Shown here: positions 35,828 through 44,922 of the stretch, piece by piece
Position numbering within the stretch: position 1 is the stretch's first letter
Layout of the letters: each line of letters begins with the position of its first letter
IMG/VR virus record: IMGVR_UViG_3300020608_000013
Coordinates: 62,001-126,000 of that record
Length of the DNA stretch: 64,000 bases
Strand: one strand, 5' to 3'
Notes under the pieces: model-generated
Told to the model about the DNA's origin: nothing
Seen by the model: the letters and a program-made list of their open reading frames with translations, nothing else
The model's database searches: none
Made by a program: the position numbers and the translations under genes

Positions 35828-37990
35828 TTAAATAATATCACAATTTCCACCACCACAAGAGACAATAGTTTTAATAGACCCGTCTTCTGATTCATAGTTA
35901 CGTAATTTAGTCCAATCGATTATTGTAGGACATTTTTCAATTAAGGTATTATAAGTCTCTTCATCAATGTCTTGGAAGGGCGCTTGCGGGTAAACGTGAT
36001 TGTCTTTCGGTAAGAAGGATAACCCTGACAGGTTATTGAATCGTGTAAATACCCAATCAGCTACTTTATCCCACTCGTCATCTTCTACGTAAATTGTGCA
36101 AGAGGGTTTGTGTTCACACCAATGGTTTTGATAAGTATACCATAGTTCTAACTGTTGAATACAATCCACCTCATTTCTATACAATGGTTTATCAGTAATT
36201 GTTTTAAAGGGGAAATAAATTACCACACTATTAAGTGGGTCGTATTTAAGAGGTTCTTTTAAAAGACCTTGATCGCCGATGAATGTACAGATGGGGTCTT
36301 TAATATCGCCTTGTACAGTGCGTCGGTAGAAAGGCGCGTGTCGTGGGTGGATACCTGAACTACATTCTACTAGTGCCGATACAGTCCCCGATGGTTTTAT
36401 ACAAGTGGTTGCTTGCGATTGAGGGATTGATAAATAGCCCGCCCACTCTTTGTTCGTAGCGACAACTTTAGCGCGTAAGTTATTTAAAAAGTTGTCTAGA
36501 GTGGGTGAAGGTGTACGCATCATTTCGTTATCGTAAATGCCTGTAAAGGATACGCCTAATAAACGCCCTCGCTCAGTCGCCTCTTTCCATTCAGTGGATA
36601 GGTAACAGAAGTCTGTTAATGTTGATTGTAGCGTGCCTAGAATAGTCGTATAGACGACTTTACGTTCTATGGTCTGTTTGGTATCATCGTATCGTAAAAC
36701 ACTTTCTGTGAGGTTACAGAATTGACCGTTTTCTAAAAATGTTTCACTACATGGGTTACACCCATAGTGCGCGTCTGGGTCGCGTCGTTGTTTAGTAGGC
36801 TCGTTTGCGAGTAATGCTCTATTATACTCTCGCTCATTCATTTCGTTAATCGCTTTACGTGCCGCGATAGCGTTAAAGAACCCCCGCTCACCTGAACGCG
36901 ATTCTACTAGCGCAGCCCATTCACTATCGAACGCCATTCGGTCAGGTAAATGGTCATAATACACGGAGTTGTTAGCCTTATAATACTCTACATGTAAACT
37001 TTGCCAATCTTCACCGCGTTTCGCATTACGCATGTCCTCATCGTCGAGGTCTGAAAGAGAAATCAGGGCGCTGCGTCGCACACCACCCACCACGATTACA
37101 TGGGCGATCATACAAACAATCCCATGTACCTCGATTGCTTTTAATCGTTTCCGATTTTCATTAATAAGGGTTTTGAATATATTTACAACATACTCGAATA
37201 ATTTCACTAGCGGTCCAGGTCCACTAGCACGCCCACCAAAGGTCTTCAATCTTGCGCCTTTAGGTCGTACAGTGCTAGTATCCCATTGTATATTAAGATT
37301 ACCTTTGTAAAGCTCTGTGATAAGGATACGTACTGCTGAAGCCCAACCATATTTACTGTCATGGACATGTAGTGTATTTTCTTCAACATTAAATCGAGAA
37401 ATTTCTTCTGGGTTTATACCAGGGTAGTTTTCGTTAGTAGGTAGGTAGCGTGAAGTTAAGTCGTCACCTACTTCAGGTAGTTTGTCAATAAATTTTTGTT
37501 GACAATTAAACCCAACGCCAGTCCCTACTGAAAGCAGGTATAAAATTTCATCAAACGCGATAAGGCCGTTGACCACGCGGTACGCACAATTGTAAGCTGC
37601 TGCATTATCACGCTTTACAGCTTTACCAGCCGTCATCAATAAGCGCATCGATGGCATGATCTCAGTTCTTAAAATACTTTCTTTAATAGAGTAGAACAAC
37701 GGGTTTGATTTTGTTAATAGCCCGAGTTCGTCCCAGAAATTCATATACCTGGTTACAGCTTCTTCCCAAGTCTCTCGTCGACCTTCTTCGTCTAACCATC
37801 TTGAATAACGTGAAGCTACGATGTACTCGCTATAAGCTGCATTCGAGATATACGGGCAACGTTTCAAGTACCCGTCAGGGAGGTCAATATGTTCGTCATC
37901 TGCCCAAGGTGTATAGGTTAACGAATTCATGTACTTTTCATAGTCAGGGTTCGTGAAGTTCGGAGCGTTGTAAGAAAAAAGTTGGTTCAT
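35828..37990 (-). CDS. nrdJ: Class II (adenosylcobalamin-dependent) monomeric ribonucleotide reductase
   Basis: MPSMR, NCAY, GTGVGF, RLKTFGGRASGPGPL, GGVRRSA, NPCSE (thiyl Cys), CNLTE, KPSGT, WCEHKPS, C-terminal CGGGNC. Start set at ATG 37990 (GAGGT RBS). Confidence 0.93.
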   Translation of the reverse strand: MNQLFSYNAPNFTNPDYEKYMNSLTYTPWADDEHIDLPDGYLKRCPYISNAAYSEYIVASRYSRWLDEEGRRETWEEAVTRYMNFWDELGLLTKSNPLFYSIKESILRTEIMPSMRLLMTAGKAVKRDNAAAYNCAYRVVNGLIAFDEILYLLSVGTGVGFNCQQKFIDKLPEVGDDLTSRYLPTNENYPGINPEEISRFNVEENTLHVHDSKYGWASAVRILITELYKGNLNIQWDTSTVRPKGARLKTFGGRASGPGPLVKLFEYVVNIFKTLINENRKRLKAIEVHGIVCMIAHVIVVGGVRRSALISLSDLDDEDMRNAKRGEDWQSLHVEYYKANNSVYYDHLPDRMAFDSEWAALVESRSGERGFFNAIAARKAINEMNEREYNRALLANEPTKQRRDPDAHYGCNPCSETFLENGQFCNLTESVLRYDDTKQTIERKVVYTTILGTLQSTLTDFCYLSTEWKEATERGRLLGVSFTGIYDNEMMRTPSPTLDNFLNNLRAKVVATNKEWAGYLSIPQSQATTCIKPSGTVSALVECSSGIHPRHAPFYRRTVQGDIKDPICTFIGDQGLLKEPLKYDPLNSVVIYFPFKTITDKPLYRNEVDCIQQLELWYTYQNHWCEHKPSCTIYVEDDEWDKVADWVFTRFNNLSGLSFLPKDNHVYPQAPFQDIDEETYNTLIEKCPTIIDWTKLRNYESEDGSIKTIVSCGGGNCDII

Positions 37991-38107
37991 TGATATACCT
38001 CGTTTTGGATTGTATTGCCAACAATTCCATAAGTTTATAGGGCCAAATTTTAAGCTAGGCCATTTAATGTTTGTCATAGAATCACCGTAAGTGTCAAGTA
38101 TATTAAC

Positions 38108-38500
38108 TTAACGGTAAAGGTTTAAATCATAGTTGTACGTGTCAACATCGCCGTAGATAGTCAATTTATTGTCCTTGACGTTTATTATCTTCCCATAGCC
38201 CTGATCATTGAGTTTTTTCTCATAGAGGTCATGTAGATGATGGAGTTTCCCGTTTGTTAATCTATAGAGCATTACTTCACCACCATCGAAAGTGGAGTAT
38301 TCGTAACAATGAGCATAATTGTTAAATATAATAATAATTATATCTTTTTCTAAAAGAGCGTAACTTATTCTATTTTTAAAATGACGGCGATCTGTCTCCA
38401 TTTTTAAAAGAGTGTTTGGTTTAATTTTTTTAATAACCAAATCTTTTTTATTATATTCAATAATGTAATTACTTTCTGTCGTTTCTTTAAAAGGTAACAT
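38108..38500 (-). CDS. Hypothetical protein
   Basis: 130-aa AT-rich ORF with GTGGT RBS. Confidence 0.6.
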   Translation of the reverse strand: MLPFKETTESNYIIEYNKKDLVIKKIKPNTLLKMETDRRHFKNRISYALLEKDIIIIIFNNYAHCYEYSTFDGGEVMLYRLTNGKLHHLHDLYEKKLNDQGYGKIINVKDNKLTIYGDVDTYNYDLNLYR

Positions 38501-38543
38501 TTTTTATACCACTTATGAAAAAAAAAATAAAGAAATGCATTAA

Positions 38544-38579
38544 AATAGAACCGACTCCTATAAAGAAGTCGGTTCTATT
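38544..38579 (-). terminator. Rho-independent terminator
   Basis: 13-bp stem AATAGAACCGACT/AGTCGGTTCTATT; U-rich tract follows on the minus strand. Confidence 0.75.
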
Positions 38580-38599
38580 ATTATATTTAATTAATAATA

Positions 38600-38977
38600 T
38601 TAATCAAGTTTAACTGTTTTAGTCTCGTTTTCTTCGATGCGGATAGTTTTCGTTTTACCCATGTTATATTGGACAGTACATCGATTGGGCGTGAGGTTCA
38701 GATTCACGGTCGTCCCACCTACCACGTTTTGTGCGTAGACAAGTACATGTGGACTACTCATGTTTTTATCCTCTCGACAAGTTACACATACGTTCATACT
38801 ACCTGTGATTGCAGGTACTAATATTTCCAACTTCGCGTTACCAATGTCGTTAATTCCGACATTTTTTACTGCTGGACATAGCCCAGCAGTACCCTCAGCA
38901 TGTGCTGGGGAACATGCTGTTAATGTAGTTGTTAAAACAGTTGCAATGGTTGAAGTGATAATGGTTTTAATTTTCAT
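38600..38977 (-). CDS. Small exported protein or lipoprotein, Cys-rich
   Basis: Signal peptide MKIKTIITSTIATVLTTTLTAC with lipobox LTAC and alternative AHA-E cleavage site; four further Cys; beta-rich. Confidence 0.75.
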   Translation of the reverse strand: MKIKTIITSTIATVLTTTLTACSPAHAEGTAGLCPAVKNVGINDIGNAKLEILVPAITGSMNVCVTCREDKNMSSPHVLVYAQNVVGGTTVNLNLTPNRCTVQYNMGKTKTIRIEENETKTVKLD

Positions 38978-39000
38978 AATGTTTCTCTCTTGTTAAAGGT

Positions 39001-39423
39001 TTAGTAGTTTATTCCGAATGTACCCGTGTTACGAGGCGGTTCGATTACAATAGTCTGCTCAGGTGTTTTTTCAGTGACGATAACGACACCCGTGAAATAC
39101 CCTGCCGTAACTATGTACTCACCGACTGGCAAGTCTGGCACACTTTTGTTCTTTTCAATCGCTCCACAGAACACGTTGAAGTGTCTTTTCTCGCGTGGGT
39201 TGTCGCTAGGGTTTTTATAGGAGACCCCGACCCATACTGATTCAACTTCATCGGGCTTGATGAACTTAATCACCCCTGGACCGATTTGATCAGAGTTTAG
39301 TTCACTACCCATAGTCGACCCTTCAATCAGGCAGTCCATTCTGTAACCATAGGCTTCTACGTTAGTAATGCCCGCCACTGTTATTGCGAAGCTAAGCATT
39401 AATTTCTGAGCAAGGTGTTTCAC
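39001..39423 (-). CDS. Small exported protein, beta-sandwich-like
   Basis: Signal peptide MKHLAQKLMLSFAITVAGITNVEA; LPVGEYIVTAG motif typical of prealbumin/CnaB-like folds; two Cys. Confidence 0.7.
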   Translation of the reverse strand: MKHLAQKLMLSFAITVAGITNVEAYGYRMDCLIEGSTMGSELNSDQIGPGVIKFIKPDEVESVWVGVSYKNPSDNPREKRHFNVFCGAIEKNKSVPDLPVGEYIVTAGYFTGVVIVTEKTPEQTIVIEPPRNTGTFGINY

Positions 39424-39424
39424 G

Positions 39425-39985
39425 TCATACTCCTGTAATGTATTTAAGGTCAGATGGGTTTGTGGTGGCTAGTACTCTGTAATTTGTACTTCCTAGATGA
39501 CGAATATCGCCGAATGGGGTTTTAATAAGATCGTTTTTACGTCTCAATGTTGAAAGCATGTCGATGACCTCTCGGTACTGTGACGGCGTATGTACCTCGA
39601 AACACACTACTTTTTGCAATGCTAAAGTACCGTGTTGTTTGTAGTTCCCTTCTTCTTCTGGGTTCTCAAAGAGGTAAAGTGTACTAGTTAACACCCCATC
39701 TTTTTCGTGGAAGAAAGGGGCTAGGTGTCCGAGTTTATCCTCGATAAGTTCCTTCTGGTATATTTGTAAACCAGTTCTTGCCCAGTCAACCCCTTTTATT
39801 CGGACTACACCATAGGCAGCCTTTTCTTTAGATGGTATTTTCATACCAATGAAGGCTATTTCAAGTCCAGTCAGTCTTCTCGATACCTGTACCGCTAAGG
39901 CATCTAATAAGTTTTTGGCAGGACGTATCTCTATCAGCCCGCCTGTGTGGGTGAAAATGTTGACAAAAGTTGGTTTCATGCTCAT
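39425..39985 (-). CDS. Hypothetical protein, first gene of the putative early operon
   Basis: 186 aa, GAGGA RBS. Confidence 0.65.
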   Translation of the reverse strand: MSMKPTFVNIFTHTGGLIEIRPAKNLLDALAVQVSRRLTGLEIAFIGMKIPSKEKAAYGVVRIKGVDWARTGLQIYQKELIEDKLGHLAPFFHEKDGVLTSTLYLFENPEEEGNYKQHGTLALQKVVCFEVHTPSQYREVIDMLSTLRRKNDLIKTPFGDIRHLGSTNYRVLATTNPSDLKYITGV

Positions 39986-40041
39986 TACATGTCCTCTTGT
40001 TTTTTAAAAAAAAGATGTTTGAGTTTAGTAAACTCATTATT

Positions 40042-40049
40042 ATAATATA
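40042..40049 (-). promoter_or_regulatory. Putative early promoter motif TATATTAT
   Basis: AAACC-TATATTAT upstream of 39985, followed by a small hairpin at 40020-40036. Confidence 0.55.
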
Positions 40050-40114
40050 GGTTTATATCTATTTAAAATAAGCTAATTAGCTCAACGTTATTATTTCTAT
40101 AGGGTAAAAAAATA

Positions 40115-42244
40115 CTAATAAAATCCCCCATAAATATATTCAGTCAACGTCATTTTTTCAGGTATTACAATTCCGAGAGTTTCTAATACGACGTATATAG
40201 GACTACAGGAATTTGTAATGATGCGCTCGTAGTCGATTACGCGTAGTATCTCATCTGGCATACCTTTAGTACTAATGTTTACACGCGGTAGGTCAAAATG
40301 GTTGACATCTGTCTTTTTACTAAAAGCGAGCCAGTCAACGACGTTTTCTCTAATATAAGAATCCTTTATCGTAGCTATCCACGCATTCAGTGCTGTTTTA
40401 TTAGGGAGTTTTGTCAAGACACGTACCGCAGTATAAGGTATACTACCCACATCACCTTTACTCGGTTTAAAAACTCTATCCCAAAATAAGTAGTGTAGGT
40501 AAGGCGCAGCCTCCTCCCCTAGTGCGTAAGTAAAGACAGATTTTATTTGTTTTATTTGGTAGTACTTTAAGTCAACACCTTCTTTTAAGGTGTCGTAGAT
40601 AACGCGTTCTAGTTTAGTGATTGTAGCTATTACGGTAGCGTAACGCATCATTTTGTTATTTTCAACACAATAACCAATTTCGTTCATGAGGTCGGTTCTT
40701 GTTTGAATAACTTCTTTAGGTAAGGTTGCGTTTATTAGATGTGCGCCAGATACATCGAGTTGTGTTTTTGCGAAGATGTTACCTTCAGCGATATATGTTC
40801 CGCAATAGTAGTGGTTTTTCATATTCATGGAAACGGTTAAGTGTACCCACGACATTTCACTTTTCATAGACAGCCGACCCACATCTTTTAAATCGGTGTT
40901 CATATTAATAGAGAAAACTTTTACAGCGTGGTGGATGGTTAATGTTGCTTGATAGATAATCGCACCTGCTATCGCTGCTGTTTTTGCGTTAAGACGGACA
41001 TCACCCTTAGTGTACCATGTGATAAATTCATCTACTGAAGCGCAAGAGCTGTCTGTGTTTGATACGGCAACAACACGTCGTATAAATTTAGGCATAGCGC
41101 TAACACTAGGGGGTATATTGTCGGTCATTGCAAGCCCAAAGAAATCCCAATACTTCTCTGTCACTTTCTGAATGTGCCTGCAAGTATGGTAGAGTACACC
41201 GAAAGCACCTGCCTTTTTTATCTTCTCTATATCTGTCCCAAGACCTTTAGTTTCCTCATAACAAATTTGACCTGCTAGAATACGAATAGGTTCTGAGAAT
41301 TTGTAAATTGCTTTAGTAGGTTGATCGGTATCACCATGTACCTTCACTGTCAATTCGTTTAAGAAGTTATAGATAAAGGTTTCGTTGAGTTCGCGGAGGG
41401 TTTTTAGATCGCCGTAGTAACAGAACCCTGCTCTTGAAATAGGATCGGATTTTTCCACATAGGTAAGAAAACGAGTCTCGTCAGGGTTGTTTGAGTAAAG
41501 TTTGTAACAGCGTTTCGCTTTATGCACGACATCTTCAACGGTTGGTATTTTTAATTGATAGCGTTCGATAGTATCTTTTAACGCTTTTAGCTTCTCAGGT
41601 TTTCTTTGTAAGTAACTTTCTATTGAGAGAAAGTTGACGAGTGCGTGGTCAGGTGTGAAGAATGCTAAATTACCACCAATAAAACGTTCGTTGCAAGCGT
41701 TACTTAAAGAGGTTATAGCGCGAATAGTACTAGTCATCACAGGATGTGCGCTTTGTGCGTAAAGTGACGACCCCATAACTGACATACCACCTGATATGTC
41801 TAAGAGTCCTTGTTTCACCATTTTTTGTTGAGCATACTTCATTAAGTAAGTTTTCAACATACCGTTGAGCTTGGCATCGAACATCTCACGTTTTAGTCTT
41901 TTTCGATAGGCTAATTGTTCTGTAATAAATTTTGCGACCAGTGATAGCTTGACATCAGCGGGCAGGAATAAAGAAAATGTCGCAGAGGTAATTAAACGTT
42001 TCTCCCTAATGCTTTCTAACATTAGGGAGAGTTTAGTATCTTTCTTAAGACTATCTAAATTACCGTTTACTTTTTTCTCAATTCCACGAACCATCGGGTC
42101 AATCGCTTTACGCTTCACGATTTTTTTAATGATTTCTTTATTTTCAGGTCGATACCCGTAAATTGTGTTAATCATTTTTTCTGTTTGTATATAGTACTCT
42201 TTTATAGGGTCTATATAACGGCTCAATTCGGAATCACGATTCAT
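40115..42244 (-). CDS. Split family-B DNA polymerase, polymerase half (phiKZ gp50-like)
   Basis: Motif-B-like QQKMVKQGLLDISG, HPVMTSTIR, motif C as VSNTDS, MKSEM; 709 aa. Confidence 0.85.
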   Translation of the reverse strand: MNRDSELSRYIDPIKEYYIQTEKMINTIYGYRPENKEIIKKIVKRKAIDPMVRGIEKKVNGNLDSLKKDTKLSLMLESIREKRLITSATFSLFLPADVKLSLVAKFITEQLAYRKRLKREMFDAKLNGMLKTYLMKYAQQKMVKQGLLDISGGMSVMGSSLYAQSAHPVMTSTIRAITSLSNACNERFIGGNLAFFTPDHALVNFLSIESYLQRKPEKLKALKDTIERYQLKIPTVEDVVHKAKRCYKLYSNNPDETRFLTYVEKSDPISRAGFCYYGDLKTLRELNETFIYNFLNELTVKVHGDTDQPTKAIYKFSEPIRILAGQICYEETKGLGTDIEKIKKAGAFGVLYHTCRHIQKVTEKYWDFFGLAMTDNIPPSVSAMPKFIRRVVAVSNTDSSCASVDEFITWYTKGDVRLNAKTAAIAGAIIYQATLTIHHAVKVFSINMNTDLKDVGRLSMKSEMSWVHLTVSMNMKNHYYCGTYIAEGNIFAKTQLDVSGAHLINATLPKEVIQTRTDLMNEIGYCVENNKMMRYATVIATITKLERVIYDTLKEGVDLKYYQIKQIKSVFTYALGEEAAPYLHYLFWDRVFKPSKGDVGSIPYTAVRVLTKLPNKTALNAWIATIKDSYIRENVVDWLAFSKKTDVNHFDLPRVNISTKGMPDEILRVIDYERIITNSCSPIYVVLETLGIVIPEKMTLTEYIYGGFY

Positions 42245-42260
42245 GGGGGAGGTACTTTAT

Positions 42261-42620
42261 TTATGTTTTAACAAATTCTAATTTTAGTTTTTTCATAAGT
42301 GTTTCTAAGGCACTTATTTTTTCCTTAGTAGGTTGTATTATCTTGTAGGTAACATCTTCGTTCAAATATTCTTCAACATCGATCAACCACTCTCGTGCGA
42401 AAATTGTACCATCGTTAAATTCGATATACTCATATTCTTTGTAATTGAGGTGTGTCGTGGGCGCTATAATACTACTTATGGCAGATTGTGTTAGGTCGAT
42501 GTTACCCCCAGCTCGCATCGCTGTTTCGTAGCCGTGTAGAGCTACAACCGTTTTGATGTAACTCCCTCCAAGTATGGCAGGAGCTTTAGTTTTGAATCGA
42601 TAGGTTTTCTTACGTTCCAT
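42261..42620 (-). CDS. Conserved gp49-like small protein upstream of the DNA polymerase
   Basis: 119 aa, TYRFKTKAPAILG N-terminus; syntenic. Confidence 0.55.
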   Translation of the reverse strand: MERKKTYRFKTKAPAILGGSYIKTVVALHGYETAMRAGGNIDLTQSAISSIIAPTTHLNYKEYEYIEFNDGTIFAREWLIDVEEYLNEDVTYKIIQPTKEKISALETLMKKLKLEFVKT

Positions 42621-43144
42621 TAGGTAATCTCCGTCGTAAATGTTATAATCTGTGATCGTCGGACGAATTCACTTTTTCTACTAAGTATAGTAGCGATTGC
42701 TCTATCGTGGTCAGAGTCATGGTTTAATAACAAGTTTGTCCAGACGCACATTGTTGTTTCAGTAACAATATTAATGATGTTTTCTTGAGTGTCTTCCGAT
42801 AAGGGTAAAAACCCACCCTCTTTATCGTAAACTTCGCTTATGTTATAAAAGATGTTGTCGACAGTAGCGTGGTATAAATTCTCTAAAAGTGTGTCGTTAC
42901 TACGATCATTCATAATCGTTAAGATGTCGTCTATTAATGAGCAAAGCATACGGTGTACTTGTTTTGGGAATAAAACGCGTCGCTTGCCTTTAGTGTATGA
43001 GAAGTATTCGATATTAAGACTGTTATCACCTACTGCGTTTAAAAAGTTTGGGGCATAATATAGTCTCCAAAAAACTTGGTCGAGGTCTTGGGCGATGGGT
43101 TGTAAGTACGGGTGTATGTTCGGAGTTATTGTGATTTTTCTCAT
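42620..43144 (-). CDS. Hypothetical protein
   Basis: 174 aa, translationally coupled to its neighbours. Confidence 0.65.
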   Translation of the reverse strand: MRKITITPNIHPYLQPIAQDLDQVFWRLYYAPNFLNAVGDNSLNIEYFSYTKGKRRVLFPKQVHRMLCSLIDDILTIMNDRSNDTLLENLYHATVDNIFYNISEVYDKEGGFLPLSEDTQENIINIVTETTMCVWTNLLLNHDSDHDRAIATILSRKSEFVRRSQIITFTTEIT

Positions 43145-43452
43145 TTTCTTAGGTAGATATGTTGTTTAAAGGGTAGGATCGTGTAGTTAGCGTAGAAAAA
43201 ATCGTAAGGCATAATCAGAGGGAGGGTTTCATCATTAATGTAATTAACTAGGTCGAAAATTTCTTCCTCGGTTTTGTAAGGGCAGATTGATTGACTGTAT
43301 TCCAATACATGTCTATTACTGCGAATAAGGTAGTATAAAACATTCCTCGCTTCTTCATCCGTTATGCCAAAATTATCACTTAAAGAGTGGATAATATCTA
43401 GAGGTATCCACACTCGAATGTACCGCCATTTGCTTCTTTCTCTTGTAACCAT
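43141..43452 (-). CDS. Hypothetical protein
   Basis: 103 aa; overlaps the upstream gene by 55 nt and its stop overlaps the next start. Confidence 0.55.
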   Translation of the reverse strand: MVTRERSKWRYIRVWIPLDIIHSLSDNFGITDEEARNVLYYLIRSNRHVLEYSQSICPYKTEEEIFDLVNYINDETLPLIMPYDFFYANYTILPFKQHIYLRK

Positions 43453-44141
43453 TGGTAAATTCTATAATCGATGTGCTTGTTTATCACTATTTCATTAAAA
43501 TTTGAATTAAAAGTGAGGATAGGTAAAGTTTGACCATGAAATAGGAAATTTTCAACGCGCTCATGCATACTATAATAAACAAAAGCGGTTTCTATGTGAT
43601 CGAGAAGAGTATCTTCATCATCGTTGTGGGTGTATTTTTTAAATTTTTGGTAGGCGCTCCACGCATTATTCCTGTAGAAGTTTTCACTAGCAGGTATGTT
43701 GTGAAGGGTTAATATGCTATCCAAGTAATCACAAAGTATAGTGTTAGTCGTGTAACGTATATAGTCGTAGAAAATGTCAGGTGATTTACAGTGTTCGTAC
43801 GACTCATCTGCCCATTCAAAATAAAAAATAGACTTACTTAACATGTTTTTGTGTACTCTATTATGTTTTGGCGTAATGAACACACTGTGTTTTTCATAGT
43901 AGTCCTCGATATGTTCGACCAACTTCGCGTCATTAGGGACAGATGTTTTTTCTGATAGTACGCCTATTTCAAAGGTTTCGATTAATTTATTTTTATGAAA
44001 TAAATTAACTAACGTTCCATCAGGGGTTACTAACAAGTGTTTTTTCTCGTCGATTACCTTTACCATGTCTTGTGTTTTAATACAATACCTGTTTACAGGG
44101 TTCATCAAAGCTTCATGTGTTGTCATAGGTGATTTTATCAT
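43398..44141 (-). CDS. Hypothetical protein
   Basis: 247 aa, AGGGA RBS, TATATTAT motif upstream. Confidence 0.65.
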   Translation of the reverse strand: MIKSPMTTHEALMNPVNRYCIKTQDMVKVIDEKKHLLVTPDGTLVNLFHKNKLIETFEIGVLSEKTSVPNDAKLVEHIEDYYEKHSVFITPKHNRVHKNMLSKSIFYFEWADESYEHCKSPDIFYDYIRYTTNTILCDYLDSILTLHNIPASENFYRNNAWSAYQKFKKYTHNDDEDTLLDHIETAFVYYSMHERVENFLFHGQTLPILTFNSNFNEIVINKHIDYRIYQWLQEKEANGGTFECGYL

Positions 44142-44193
44142 ACGTCCCTTGTGAGTTATTCTTGATACAAGTAATTATAAACTTGTGTAATGA

Positions 44194-44250
44194 AATACAG
44201 TCTTAAACCCATTAGTCTAAGACTGTATTATGAGTCGTAATTATAATATA
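44194..44250 (-). promoter_or_regulatory. TATATTAT motif (44243-44250) followed by a 12-bp leader hairpin (44194-44229)
   Basis: AAACG-TATATTAT; stem AATACAGTCTTA/TAAGACTGTATT. Confidence 0.5.
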
Positions 44251-44531
44251 CGTTTAAATAAATCTAACCCTCTGTTACAATAAAGTCTATCGATAGAGTC
44301 TTTAGCGTGCCAGATAGAAATACTTTTCATGTAGTATTTCATGGATAGACAAACAAATAACCAAGCTATACCGCAAGTGCCAAGTGTAATAATTAAGCTT
44401 TTTACAAAGTCTAGTGGTGAAAATAAAGTTAAGATTCCCCAGCCTAGTACGGGGATTGTTACCATAACCTTACTGTTTAATATAGGTTTTTTTACCAAAT
44501 AGTTTGACAAAGAGAACATAGAGGTACTCAT
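44241..44531 (-). CDS. Possible small two-transmembrane protein (holin-like topology)
   Basis: 96 aa from ATG 44531; two hydrophobic helices and a basic C-terminus; fills an otherwise empty 290-bp gap, but has no clear RBS. Confidence 0.3.
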   Translation of the reverse strand: MSTSMFSLSNYLVKKPILNSKVMVTIPVLGWGILTLFSPLDFVKSLIITLGTCGIAWLFVCLSMKYYMKSISIWHAKDSIDRLYCNRGLDLFKRIL

Positions 44532-44922
44532 GTTAATATTAACGTTACAAGAAATTATTGAATCAGATGTCGACACTGGTCCAACGGCTGATGAAGCTAG
44601 TACAATACCACACAATATAGATGTAAAGGGTTTTTTCCCAGAAGAGATAACTAACGCCTTAAATGAACACTTTGCTAAAAGTAACTTGCCTTTAAAAGTG
44701 GGTAACGAGAGTGTTTGTTTGTACGGTGTTGATCAAGTGGCACTTGAGAGTGGGTTAGAAGACACTTACAAGACTATACGAGATATTGCACAAAGTAAGA
44801 AAACACTAGTTTTCTTACCTGACGGTGACAGTAGGTCTAAGGTTAAACATTTGTCGCGTGTTTTACGATACGACCGAGTGCCTACGTACTCATCTTTAAA
44901 CACTTTATTGGAGGCTTTATGA
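44530..44922 (+). CDS. Hypothetical alpha/beta protein
   Basis: 130 aa, GAGGT RBS, coupled to the next gene. Confidence 0.65.
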   Translation: MLILTLQEIIESDVDTGPTADEASTIPHNIDVKGFFPEEITNALNEHFAKSNLPLKVGNESVCLYGVDQVALESGLEDTYKTIRDIAQSKKTLVFLPDGDSRSKVKHLSRVLRYDRVPTYSSLNTLLEAL

